DNA of 64,000 bases, from contig JACPGE010000060.1 of assembly GCA_016182605.1 (NCBI GenBank), forward strand, positions 9,807 through 73,806, written 5' to 3'. The stretch is from Candidatus Hydrogenedentota bacterium. Lineage in GTDB: Bacteria > Hydrogenedentota > Hydrogenedentia > Hydrogenedentales > JAEUWI01. The notes under the pieces were generated by a model. It was not told where the DNA came from, did not search any database, and saw only the letters and a program-made list of their open reading frames with translations. Made by a program: the position numbers and the translations under genes. Shown here piece after piece: positions 55,902 through 64,000 of the stretch (position 1 is the first letter of the stretch; every line of letters starts with the position of its first letter).

Positions 55902-58900
55902 ATGGAGAGCACCCAGCTTCAAGCGCCGCGCGTGGGCTTTCGGATCGAGCGCCCGATTCGCGTGATTACGGCGACGGCGCTTTTTGACGGTCATGACGCG
56001 GCGATCAACCTGATGCGGCGCATCATGCAGGACCTTGGCGCGGAGGTGATCCATCTGGGGCACAACCGCAGCGCGCTGGAGGTGGTGGAGGCGGCGATAC
56101 AGGAAGACGCGGCCGCGATCTCGGTCAGTTCGTACCAGGGCGGGCATGTCGAATACTTTAAATATATGATCGACTTGCTGCGTGAACGCGGCGCGGGCCA
56201 CATCCAGGTTTTTGGCGGCGGCGGCGGGGTAATTGTGCCGCTGGAGATCAAAGAGCTTGAGGCCTATGGCGTCAACCGGATCTATTCTCCGGAAGACGGG
56301 CGCCGCCTGGGGCTGGCGCCCATGATCGAGGATCTGCTCCGCCGGACGGCTGCGGCACGGCGTCCCGCCGCGTTTCCCGCGCCCTGCGACTTGAACAACC
56401 CGTTGGCGCTTGCACAGGCGATAACGGCGGTGGAAGAGGCCAAGCTGAATCAGGATCCGCGCTTGGCGGATTATCTGGAGGCCGCGGGCCGGGGCATGAA
56501 GACGCCGCCGGTCCTGGGGGTGACGGGCACGGGCGGCGCGGGCAAGTCTTCCCTGGTCGACGAATTGGTGAACCGCTTCCTTCGCGACAGCGGCGCGCGG
56601 CGCATTGCGGTGCTGTCGATCGATCCGACGCGGCGGCGTACGGGCGGCGCGCTGCTGGGCGACCGTATCCGGATGAATTCCGTGGGCAGTCCGCGGGTGT
56701 TCTTGCGATCGCTTGCGACGCGCACCCGTCACGCGGATGTGTCGGACGCGCTGGGCGAGATCTTGAGCCTGTTGAAGGCGGCTCCCTTCGACCTGATTGT
56801 GGTGGAGACGGCGGGCATCGGCCAGGGCGACGCGGGAATTGCCCCGTACGTCGATGGGGCGCTTTATGTGATGACGGCGGAGTTTGGCGCGGCGAGCCAG
56901 CTTGAGAAGATTGACATGATCGACTATGCGGATATTGTGGCGATCAACAAGTTCGACCGGGCGGGGAGCGCGGATGCGCTGCGCGATGTGCGCAAGCAGT
57001 TTCAGCGCAACCACCACGCTTTCGACCGCGCCCCGGAAGAGATGCCTGTGTACGGCACCATAGCCGCGCGCTTCAATGACGATGGCGTGACGGCACTCTA
57101 CCACGGCATTTTGGACTTGCTGCGCGGGAAAGGCCATATCGACTGGACATCCTCCCTCCCACGCCCGTCCAGCAAGCACGCGAGTGAGCGGCAGGCGGTG
57201 ATTCCCAAAGAGCGCATGCGGTACCTTGCGGATATTGCGGGGACGGTCCGCGGCTACAAGCAGACGGCGCACACGCAGGCCCGGATCGCCCGCGACGCGT
57301 GGCACCTGCGCGAGTCGGCGGCGCTGGTCACGGATGCGGCGGCACGCGCGGTGCTGGAGGACGCGGCGAAGGAGAAGGAGCAGGCGCTTCTCCCCCATTG
57401 CGCGCGCCTGATTGCCGGATTCGACGCGCTCCGCACGGCGTATACGGCGGACGAGTATGTGTTCAACGTGCGCGGCAAAGAACTGCGCACCCCGCTCCAC
57501 CGCGAATCGCTGTCGGGGTCGCGCATACCGCGGGTATGCCTGCCGGCGAGCGCCGATCATGGGGAACGGCTGTCGTGGCTGCTTCTGGAGAATATGCCGG
57601 GGTCGTTTCCCTTTACGGCGGGGGTCTTTCCCTTCAAGCGCGGCGACGAGGATCCCACGCGCATGTTTGCGGGCGAGGGCGATGCGAAGCGCACGAATGC
57701 GCGCTTCAAATACCTCTCGCGCAATTCGGAGGCCAAGCGGCTCTCGACCGCATTTGACTCGGTGACGCTCTATGGCGCCGATCCGGAGCCGCGTCCGGAT
57801 ATCCTGGGCAAGGTAGGCACTTCGGGGGTGTCCATAGCGACGCTGGACGATATGAAACAGCTTTACGACGGGTTCGATCTCAGTGCGCACAACACGTCGG
57901 TGTCGATGACGATCAACGGGCCGGCGCCGGCGATTCTGGCGATGTTTTTTAACACGGCGATGGATCAGCGGCTGGACGCTTTCCGGCGTGAGCATGGGCG
58001 TGAAGCGGACGCGGCTGAAGCGGCGGCAATTCGCGCGCAGGTGTTGACGCAGGTGCGGGGGACGGTGCAGGCGGACATACTGAAGGAGGATCAGGGGCAG
58101 AACACCTGTATCTTTGGGCTCGATTTTGCGCTGCGGATGCAGGGGGACATGCAGCAGTATTTCATTGAGCACCAGGTGCGCAATTTCTACTCCATTTCGA
58201 TCTCGGGTTACCATATCGCGGAAGCGGGCGCGAACCCCATCACGCAGCTTGCGTTTACGCTGGCAAACGGGTTTACGTTTGTGGAGTATTTCCTCTCCCG
58301 CGGCATGGCGGTGGACGACTTCGCGCCGAATCTTTCCTTCTTCTTTTCCTGCGGTATGGATCCGGAATACGCCGTGTTGAACCGGGTTGCCCGGCGGATC
58401 TGGGCAGTGGCGCTGCGCGACCGGTATGGCGCGAACGAACGCAGCCAGAAACTGAAGACACATATACAGACGAGCGGGCGATCGCTGCATGCGCAGGAGG
58501 TGGACTTTAACGATATCCGCACGACGCTGGAGGCGTTGACCGCGCTGTACGACAACTGCAATTCGCTGCACACGAACGCCTTCGACGAGGCCGTGACAAC
58601 GCCGACAGAGAACAGCGTGCGGCGCGCGCTGGCCATCCAGCTTATCATCAACCGGGAGCACGGGCTGGCGATGAACGAAAATACGCTCCAGGGGAGTTTC
58701 ATCATCAACGAGCTTACGGAACTGGTGGAGGAAGCGGTGCTGACGGAGTTCGAACGGCTTGCGGAGCGGGGCGGGGTGCTGGGGGCGATGGAGCGCGGGT
58801 ATCAGCGCGGCCGGATACAGGACGAGTCGCATCACTACGAGATGCTCAAGAGCAGCGGGGCCCACCCGCTGGTGGGCGTAAACACCTTTGTAAATCCGGA

Positions 58901-59162
58901 CGCGGATCACGAGGCCTTGATGGGGGCAATGGAATTGCGCCGGGGCACGGACGAAGAGAAGCAAAGGCAGGTGCGGCAGGTGCGCGCGTTCAAGGCGGCG
59001 CACGAGGCGGAGTCCACGGCGGCATTGGCCCGGCTCCAGGAAGTGGCATTGAGGGAAGAGAATCTCTTTGCGGCGTTGATGGAGGCGGCCCGAGTGTGTA
59101 CGCTGGGTCAGATCTCGAACGCCCTTTTTGAAGTGGGCGGCCAGTACCGGCGCAACACCTGA
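55902..59162 (+). CDS. icmF: Fused isobutyryl-CoA mutase IcmF (B12-binding domain + MeaB-like G-protein domain + mutase substrate-binding domain)
   Basis: N-terminal B12-binding domain VITATALFDGHDAAINLMRRIMQDLGAEVIHLGHN (DxHxxG B12 motif). Central GTPase domain GVTGTGGAGKSSLVDEL (P-loop) and ETAGIGQ switch. C-terminal mutase barrel. 1086 aa. Confidence 0.85.
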   Translation: MESTQLQAPRVGFRIERPIRVITATALFDGHDAAINLMRRIMQDLGAEVIHLGHNRSALEVVEAAIQEDAAAISVSSYQGGHVEYFKYMIDLLRERGAGHIQVFGGGGGVIVPLEIKELEAYGVNRIYSPEDGRRLGLAPMIEDLLRRTAAARRPAAFPAPCDLNNPLALAQAITAVEEAKLNQDPRLADYLEAAGRGMKTPPVLGVTGTGGAGKSSLVDELVNRFLRDSGARRIAVLSIDPTRRRTGGALLGDRIRMNSVGSPRVFLRSLATRTRHADVSDALGEILSLLKAAPFDLIVVETAGIGQGDAGIAPYVDGALYVMTAEFGAASQLEKIDMIDYADIVAINKFDRAGSADALRDVRKQFQRNHHAFDRAPEEMPVYGTIAARFNDDGVTALYHGILDLLRGKGHIDWTSSLPRPSSKHASERQAVIPKERMRYLADIAGTVRGYKQTAHTQARIARDAWHLRESAALVTDAAARAVLEDAAKEKEQALLPHCARLIAGFDALRTAYTADEYVFNVRGKELRTPLHRESLSGSRIPRVCLPASADHGERLSWLLLENMPGSFPFTAGVFPFKRGDEDPTRMFAGEGDAKRTNARFKYLSRNSEAKRLSTAFDSVTLYGADPEPRPDILGKVGTSGVSIATLDDMKQLYDGFDLSAHNTSVSMTINGPAPAILAMFFNTAMDQRLDAFRREHGREADAAEAAAIRAQVLTQVRGTVQADILKEDQGQNTCIFGLDFALRMQGDMQQYFIEHQVRNFYSISISGYHIAEAGANPITQLAFTLANGFTFVEYFLSRGMAVDDFAPNLSFFFSCGMDPEYAVLNRVARRIWAVALRDRYGANERSQKLKTHIQTSGRSLHAQEVDFNDIRTTLEALTALYDNCNSLHTNAFDEAVTTPTENSVRRALAIQLIINREHGLAMNENTLQGSFIINELTELVEEAVLTEFERLAERGGVLGAMERGYQRGRIQDESHHYEMLKSSGAHPLVGVNTFVNPDADHEALMGAMELRRGTDEEKQRQVRQVRAFKAAHEAESTAALARLQEVALREENLFAALMEAARVCTLGQISNALFEVGGQYRRNT

Positions 59163-59173
59163 GGGAGCGCGGC

Positions 59174-59635
59174 ATGAGCACGCAGGATACGAAGACGGTC
59201 GCGACGGCGCACTGCCGCGTCGCGGCCCGGGGCGATGGCGCGTTGCTGGAGGCGTTTGCGTTGCGTTACCGGGTCTTCGCGCATGAACAGAACGTGACGC
59301 CAGAAATTGAACTGGATGACGAGGACCGGACGGCGGCGCACTGCGTGGCGGAGATGGACGGGCGCGTAGTGGGCACGCTGCGGATCCTGGATCGGCCGGG
59401 CTACACCAAGATTGGCCGGGTCGCGGTGGATGCCGCGTGGCGGAAGCACGGCATCGGGCAGCAGATCATGGAGTTTGCCCACGCAGTGATTCGCGAACGG
59501 CATGCCCCGCAGGTTGTTCTGCATGCGCAGACGGCGGTGCGGCGCTTTTACGAGCGGCTGGGCTACACGGTCTGTGGCGAGGAGTTTCTGGAAGACGGCA
59601 TTGCGCATATTGAAATGCGGAAGCGGCTGGATTGA
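59174..59635 (+). CDS. GNAT family N-acetyltransferase (ElaA-like)
   Basis: VGTLRILDRPGYTKIGRVAVDAAWRKHGIGQQIMEFAHAVIRERHAPQVVLHAQTAVRRFYERLGY. Canonical GNAT motifs A/B. Confidence 0.8.
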   Translation: MSTQDTKTVATAHCRVAARGDGALLEAFALRYRVFAHEQNVTPEIELDDEDRTAAHCVAEMDGRVVGTLRILDRPGYTKIGRVAVDAAWRKHGIGQQIMEFAHAVIRERHAPQVVLHAQTAVRRFYERLGYTVCGEEFLEDGIAHIEMRKRLD

Positions 59636-59656
59636 GCCGCTGGGCTTCAGGAGCGA

Positions 59657-60040
59657 ATGGGCATGCTGGACATGGCGCAATTGGCCTGTTTTTCGGCGAC
59701 GGCACGGCCCGGCGAGGCGCGGCGCTTCTACGGGAAGATATTGGGGCTGCATCTGGTGGAAGAGACGGCCTTTGCGCTCGTCTTCGATGCCAACGGCACT
59801 TCCTTGCGCATTCAGAAGGCGCCCGCCCACGATCCGGCGGCGCATACGGCACTGGGGTGGGTGGCGCCGGACCTTCGCGGGATGATACACCGCCTGATAC
59901 TGAAGGGAGTGCGTTTCGAGCGCTACGCGCCGCTGCAGCAGGATGACGATGCGATCTGGACCGCGCCTGGCGGGGCGCAGGTGGCGTGGTTCAAGGATCC
60001 GGACGGCAATGTCATTTCCCTTTCCGAGGATCCGCGCTGA
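59657..60040 (+). CDS. VOC-family (glyoxalase/bleomycin-resistance fold) protein
   Basis: ARRFYGKILGLHLVEE...LRIQKAP...WFKDPDGNVISLSED, a typical betaalphabetabetabeta-module motif set. 127 aa. Confidence 0.7.
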   Translation: MGMLDMAQLACFSATARPGEARRFYGKILGLHLVEETAFALVFDANGTSLRIQKAPAHDPAAHTALGWVAPDLRGMIHRLILKGVRFERYAPLQQDDDAIWTAPGGAQVAWFKDPDGNVISLSEDPR

Positions 60041-60301
60041 GCCCCACACATCCACGCGGAGAGCGTGTGAGCGGCCTCCCGCGTCCGCCGATGGGTGATT
60101 CGCAAGGTGCTGCCCCGTAGCCAGTTCGGCGCTTGGAGCCGCGGTGCGGCGCCACCGCGCCTGCCGGGAAGGGCGGGCCTTGCTTGCATCCCGGCGCGGC
60201 ATGCCGCATGATATGGATTCGGCACCATCAGGTCTTGCGCGCGCTCCTTCGCGCAGAAACCGGCCCTTCAGAGCGGTGCACGTGCGAGATTATCCAACAG
60301 T

Positions 60302-61669
60302 ATGACTCTGCTTTTATTCAGCGTTGCCTGCGCCCTTTTCATTTCGTTCGTATGTTCTTTGCTGGAGGCGGCGCTTCTCAGTGTTACGCCGAGCCAGGTG
60401 GCGAGTCTTTCCGCGCGGCGGCCGGCGCTAGGGGCGATCTGGCGCGGTTTCAAGTCGAATATAGAGAAGCCTATCGCCGTCATTCTGATAACGAACACGA
60501 CGGCGCACACGATTGGGGCCACGATTGCGGGCGCCCAGTTCGAGCAATTGTTTGGCCCCAGATGGCTGATACTTTTCTCGATAGTGTTGACTTATCTCAT
60601 GCTTCAGTTTACCGAGATTTTGCCCAAGACGCTGGGGGTGCAATACAACGGGTTTCTTGCGCCGGCGATTGCGGCGCCGCTGCAGGTGCTGGTGCAGATC
60701 ACACGCCCGATCCTCTGGTTTATCCATCTGGTGAACCGCCCCTTCGATCGCAAGACGGCGCTGGAGGACAACACGCTCGAAGAGATTGCGGCGCTGGCGG
60801 CCACCGCGCGGCTCTCCCACGTAATCGATCCGCATCAGGCGCGCATGATCGTGGCGGCCTCGGAGCTGGAGGACATTTGGGTGCGTCAAATCATGACGCC
60901 CCGCACCGAAGTGGTTTTCCTGCGCACCTCCGATCCGATCGAGGAGGTGATCAAGGTGTTGAAGAAGAGTCCGTACACGCGGCTGCCGCTGTGTGAAGAC
61001 GATGTAGACCACGCCATCGGCATGGTGCATGTGAAAGACATAATCAAGGCGCTCGATCTCGTTCCCGGCCGTTTCCATATAGAGCGGGTGGCGGGCAAAG
61101 AGCACACGACGGTGGAACCGGTGGAGGTGCTGCCGGGCATGGCGCTCCATGTCCTGGGTTCCGGCACGATCGACTTGATGCGCCTGAAGCGGGACGTGGT
61201 GTTTCTTCCGGAGCACTTGAACATACTTCAGGCGTTGCGCCGTTTTCAGGACGCGCGGCTCCACTTGGGGCTCGTGGTGGATGAGTATGGTTCCACGCTG
61301 GGCGTCGTAACGCTTGAAGACGTGATCGAGGAGATGGTGGGCGATATCAAGGACGAATTCGACCTCTTTGCGCCGGAGATGGTGCATGAGTCCGAAGAGG
61401 GCCTTCGGATCAACGGGCGCTTCCCGCTGCATGAGTTGGCGCACTACCTTCCCGATTGCGGTATCGACCACACGGAAGAAGACGTGGACACGGTGGGCGG
61501 TTACATCAGCCAGGTCATGTCACGGGTGCCGCAGGCAGGCGAAAACACCGTGGTGGGTCTGTACACCTGGACAGTGACCTCGTCGGATTCCCGGCGTGTG
61601 CGCGAGATATTGATTGCGCGGGTCAACGAGAATGGGGACACGACCGAAGCCGGCGCGAACGGCGCATGA
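60302..61669 (+). CDS. HlyC/CorC family transporter (DUF21-CBS pair-CorC_HlyC)
   Basis: N-terminal DUF21 TM domain (ILPKTLGVQY... is the family hallmark). Two CBS motifs (IMTPRTEVVFLR..., ...LGLVVDEYGSTLGVVTLEDVIEEMVGDI). C-terminal transporter-associated domain. Confidence 0.85.
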   Translation: MTLLLFSVACALFISFVCSLLEAALLSVTPSQVASLSARRPALGAIWRGFKSNIEKPIAVILITNTTAHTIGATIAGAQFEQLFGPRWLILFSIVLTYLMLQFTEILPKTLGVQYNGFLAPAIAAPLQVLVQITRPILWFIHLVNRPFDRKTALEDNTLEEIAALAATARLSHVIDPHQARMIVAASELEDIWVRQIMTPRTEVVFLRTSDPIEEVIKVLKKSPYTRLPLCEDDVDHAIGMVHVKDIIKALDLVPGRFHIERVAGKEHTTVEPVEVLPGMALHVLGSGTIDLMRLKRDVVFLPEHLNILQALRRFQDARLHLGLVVDEYGSTLGVVTLEDVIEEMVGDIKDEFDLFAPEMVHESEEGLRINGRFPLHELAHYLPDCGIDHTEEDVDTVGGYISQVMSRVPQAGENTVVGLYTWTVTSSDSRRVREILIARVNENGDTTEAGANGA

Positions 61670-62034
61670 CGGGGCTCTTGCCTTAATGGGCAAAGATTGC
61701 AGTCACCGGGAGCATCGCGGTTTGGGGAACGGGGGGCCAGGGCGCTTCGCGGACCACGGGGCACACGGAAAAAGACAAAAAAAGAAGGAAGCCAAGGGGG
61801 CTGTCCCCGCCGGGCGTGCATCTCCTCAACGCCGCAGCACCGTCCCGCACCGGCGCGGGGCTGTCCCCGAAACGTGTAGATGAATGGGGGGATCTCGTTG
61901 CGAGACGAGGGGGGTTTGCGGGTCAATAAGTAGACATTTTGAGATTAATTCAAAATTCAATAAAAACGATAAGAACAATCAGAGCGGGGTGAAGACCGCT
62001 TTTATGGGCTTCAGGAATCCAAGCCGATTTTGTT

Positions 62035-63300
62035 TTAGAATTCGGCGGGGAGGACGCGGACGAGTTCTTCGAGGGTGGTGATGCCGCGGGCAGCCTTGTT
62101 ATAGCCGTCGTTGGCGAGGGTTTCCATGCCGCCTTTGAGTGCGTGGACGTGGATCTGGGCGGTGGTGGGACGTTCGAGGATGCATTCGGCCATGTCGCGG
62201 CTGACCTGGAAGAGTTCACCGATGGAGGCGCGTCCACGGTAGCCGATGCGGTTACAGGCTTCGCAGCCGGCACCCTGGATGAACTTGGGTTTGGTTTTTT
62301 TGCGGTCCTTAAAGCGTTCGAGGAGTATGGGGGAGGGTTTGTAGGGCCGGGCGCATTCGGGGCAGTTGAGGCGGATGAGACGCTGGGCGAGCACGCCGGT
62401 GACGGAGGAGGCGACGAGGAAGGGCTCGATGCCCATGTCGAGGAGGCGGGTGAAGACGCCGGCGGCGGTGCCACTGTGGATGGTGCTGATGACAAAGTGT
62501 CCGGTGAGTCCGGATTGAATGGCCATGCGGGCGGTTTCGTAGTCGCGGATTTCGCCGACCATGATGACCTCGGGGTCTTGGCGCAGAATGGCGCGCAGGG
62601 CGGTGGCGAAGGTGAATTCGACGTGGGGATTGACCTGGATCTGGGCGACGCGATCGAGGGTGTATTCGACGGGGTCTTCGATGGTGACGATGTTTGTGGT
62701 CTGGGATTGCAGCGCCATCATCTCCCGGAGGAGGGCATAGATGGTGGTTGTTTTGCCGCTTGAGCTGGGTCCGGTGAGGAGTAGGGTGCCCGTGGGGCGG
62801 GCGACGATTTCCCGCAGCGATTCCGTGATGTGCGGCTCGAATCCGAGGGTTTCGAGGGTGTAGATGTCGAGGCTGTCGCCCAAGAGGCGGATGACGGTTT
62901 TTTCGCCGCGAATGGTGGGCACGGTGGAAACGCGCATGGGGCGGCTGCAGGAGGTTTTTTCCGAATCGATGCGCCCGTCCTGGGGGACATCTTTGCGATA
63001 GACGACGAGATCGGCCAGGACTTTGATGCGCGCGCCGAGTTTTGCCTGATATTCGCGGGGAATGAGTGCGACCTGCTGCAGGATGCCGTCGAGCCGGTAT
63101 CGCAGGGAGAGGACATCATTCCAGGCTTCCAGATGGATATCGCTGGCGCCGTGGTAGGCGCCCTGGCTGAGAATGAGGTCGATGGCATCGGCGACGCCAT
63201 TGTCATCGCTTTGTTCCAGAGCATTGAGGAGGCGTTCCTGGATGGCGGCGAGGGGCAGTGCCCGCACGAGATCCTGATCCATTTGTGAATTCTTGGTCAC
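62035..63300 (-). CDS. GspE/PilB-family type II/IV secretion system ATPase (short form, lacking the N-terminal N1 domain)
   Basis: Walker A LLLTGPSSSGKTTTIYALL. Asp box IVTIEDPVEY. Walker B VIMVGEIRDYETA. His box GHFVISTIHSG. Tetracysteine motif CPECARPY...GAGCEACNRIGYRGR. Confidence 0.85.
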   Translation of the reverse strand: MTKNSQMDQDLVRALPLAAIQERLLNALEQSDDNGVADAIDLILSQGAYHGASDIHLEAWNDVLSLRYRLDGILQQVALIPREYQAKLGARIKVLADLVVYRKDVPQDGRIDSEKTSCSRPMRVSTVPTIRGEKTVIRLLGDSLDIYTLETLGFEPHITESLREIVARPTGTLLLTGPSSSGKTTTIYALLREMMALQSQTTNIVTIEDPVEYTLDRVAQIQVNPHVEFTFATALRAILRQDPEVIMVGEIRDYETARMAIQSGLTGHFVISTIHSGTAAGVFTRLLDMGIEPFLVASSVTGVLAQRLIRLNCPECARPYKPSPILLERFKDRKKTKPKFIQGAGCEACNRIGYRGRASIGELFQVSRDMAECILERPTTAQIHVHALKGGMETLANDGYNKAARGITTLEELVRVLPAEF

Positions 63301-63489
63301 GTCAATCCCTCTCTGGAGCGAAAATGTGGTAGATTTAATCAGTTGACACTGCGGAAACTATTCTCACCCGTACAGATGGGAAAAGTCAACGGTGCGAACC
63401 CGCCTATTTCGCCATTTTGAGCGGTTCTGAGGAGCAGATCTTCCCGGAAAGCGGTGAAATATTCGGGGCGCGAGTATGGCTTGGCCCCT

Positions 63490-63603
63490 GCCGGAGCGAG
63501 CCAATCGCGGGCTGTCCGGCAATTCCACTGTGCATGTTGTGGCAATGACAGACGAGAAAAGGGGTTATGACACAAATACGTGGAGCCCGTGATTTATCCG
63601 GGC
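63490..63603. repeat. Interspersed repeat copy. Right (inverted) member of the near-identical pair with 52389..52500
   Basis: The reverse complement of 63531..63603 equals 52389..52460 with 1 mismatch. Confidence 0.8.
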
Positions 63604-63808
63604 CAGTCTGAACCGTATGAGCCCCGATTTGATTCGCGGGGCATGGGCAACCTATAGTTACTGCGAATGTGTCAACAAAAAACGTTGACCGATTCAGGCA
63701 ATATTCTTATACTGCTACAATGGACGCTGGGGAGCGTAGTTCGCCGAGGCCACTTGGGGCTGTCGATGCCGGGCTTTCACGGCGGGAGTAGAGGCCGGGA
63801 AGAGGATC

Positions 63809-64000
63809 ATGGAAGAACCAACCAAAGTTTGGACGACATACCTGCCTGGATATCCCACGTGGTGGGAATTGGTGTCATTGCTTGTGGTGGTGGCGATTAT
63901 CATGGCCCTGGGGCAGGCGATCAAGCGGTTTTGGACGGCGAACAACGATTCGGTGCCGATACCGGTTGCGCTGGTGGTTTGGGTGGCGTCTTTTGCGCTG
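63809..64000 (+). CDS. 3'-partial ORF encoding a small-TM protein of unknown function
   Basis: RBS GGGAAGAGG 6 nt before the ATG. MEEPTKVWTTYLPGYPTWWELVSLLVVVAIIMALGQAIKRFW... Open to the window end. Confidence 0.3.
   Translation, partial: MEEPTKVWTTYLPGYPTWWELVSLLVVVAIIMALGQAIKRFWTANNDSVPIPVALVVWVASFAL

Noticed and set aside
55827-59003. 1058-aa minus-strand ORF
   Set aside because: Antisense to icmF across its whole length. Arg-rich with no domain signatures.
61780-62034. Terminator/small RNA between the CorC gene and the GspE-like gene (direct 12-mer 'ggggctgtcccc' ×2; hairpin agcgg-ggtgaagac-ccgct-tttt)
   Set aside because: The stem is only 5 bp and sits 300 bp from either gene end. 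The 12-mer repeat occurs only twice. Too weak to call.

Overview
High-GC (about 62-65%) bacterial chromosomal window. The organism is flagellated and Gram-negative (outer-membrane L- and P-ring genes are present); the lineage cannot be determined from sequence alone. I support about 50 protein-coding genes. There are no rRNA or tRNA genes and no CRISPR array.

Genes by position:
- 5'-partial hemG (protoporphyrinogen oxidase).
- A three-gene minus-strand operon: two paralogous large polytopic membrane proteins flanking a secreted glycoside hydrolase.
- A GNAT acetyltransferase and a pirin-family (yhhW-like) gene.
- A 2-kb gene-free field of structured interspersed repeats (7.5-9.5 kb).
- A membrane-anchored SAM methyltransferase.
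- A lower-GC SIR2-like gene overlapping (ATGA) the end of a P-loop ATPase (Walker A/B; DUF4143-like PD-(D/E)xK C-terminal domain).
- A hicA-hicB toxin-antitoxin pair.
- A P1B-type metal ATPase with an SPC motif.
- miaA and mutL.
- A sigma-70-family ECF sigma factor fused to a transmembrane/extracytoplasmic domain.
- An inositol-monophosphatase-family gene and 5-formyltetrahydrofolate cyclo-ligase.
- A flagellar cluster: flgF, flgG, flgA, flgH, flgI, a rod-binding (FlgJ-N-like) protein, an EF-hand protein, a FlgN-like protein and flgL.
- Oxidoreductases, a CPBP protease and an SGNH-like protein.
- A DUF2961/GH172-like secreted protein, bracketed by a duplicated fragment of the 3' end of pncB.
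- pncB, yajQ and a tandem SPFH pair.
- A giant dual-dCache chemoreceptor (MCP).
- A sialate O-acetylesterase-like gene, a TerB-family protein and a YidE/AAE-type transporter.
- A TetR-icmF-GNAT-VOC cluster.
- A CorC/HlyC transporter and a GspE/PilB-like secretion ATPase.

Most notable observations:
1. The ATPase-nuclease-like/SIR2 two-gene cassette next to hicAB, inside a roughly 6-kb islet bounded by the repeat field. This is a candidate uncharacterised NAD-targeting defence module.
2. A high-copy (at least 7 copies in 64 kb) structured repeat family with hairpins.
3. An 11-kb segment bracketed by two near-identical inverted copies of that repeat.
4. A single GH172-like gene flanked by a decayed duplicate of the pncB 3' terminus.

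All protein family calls are from reading translated motifs by eye. No database searches were run.
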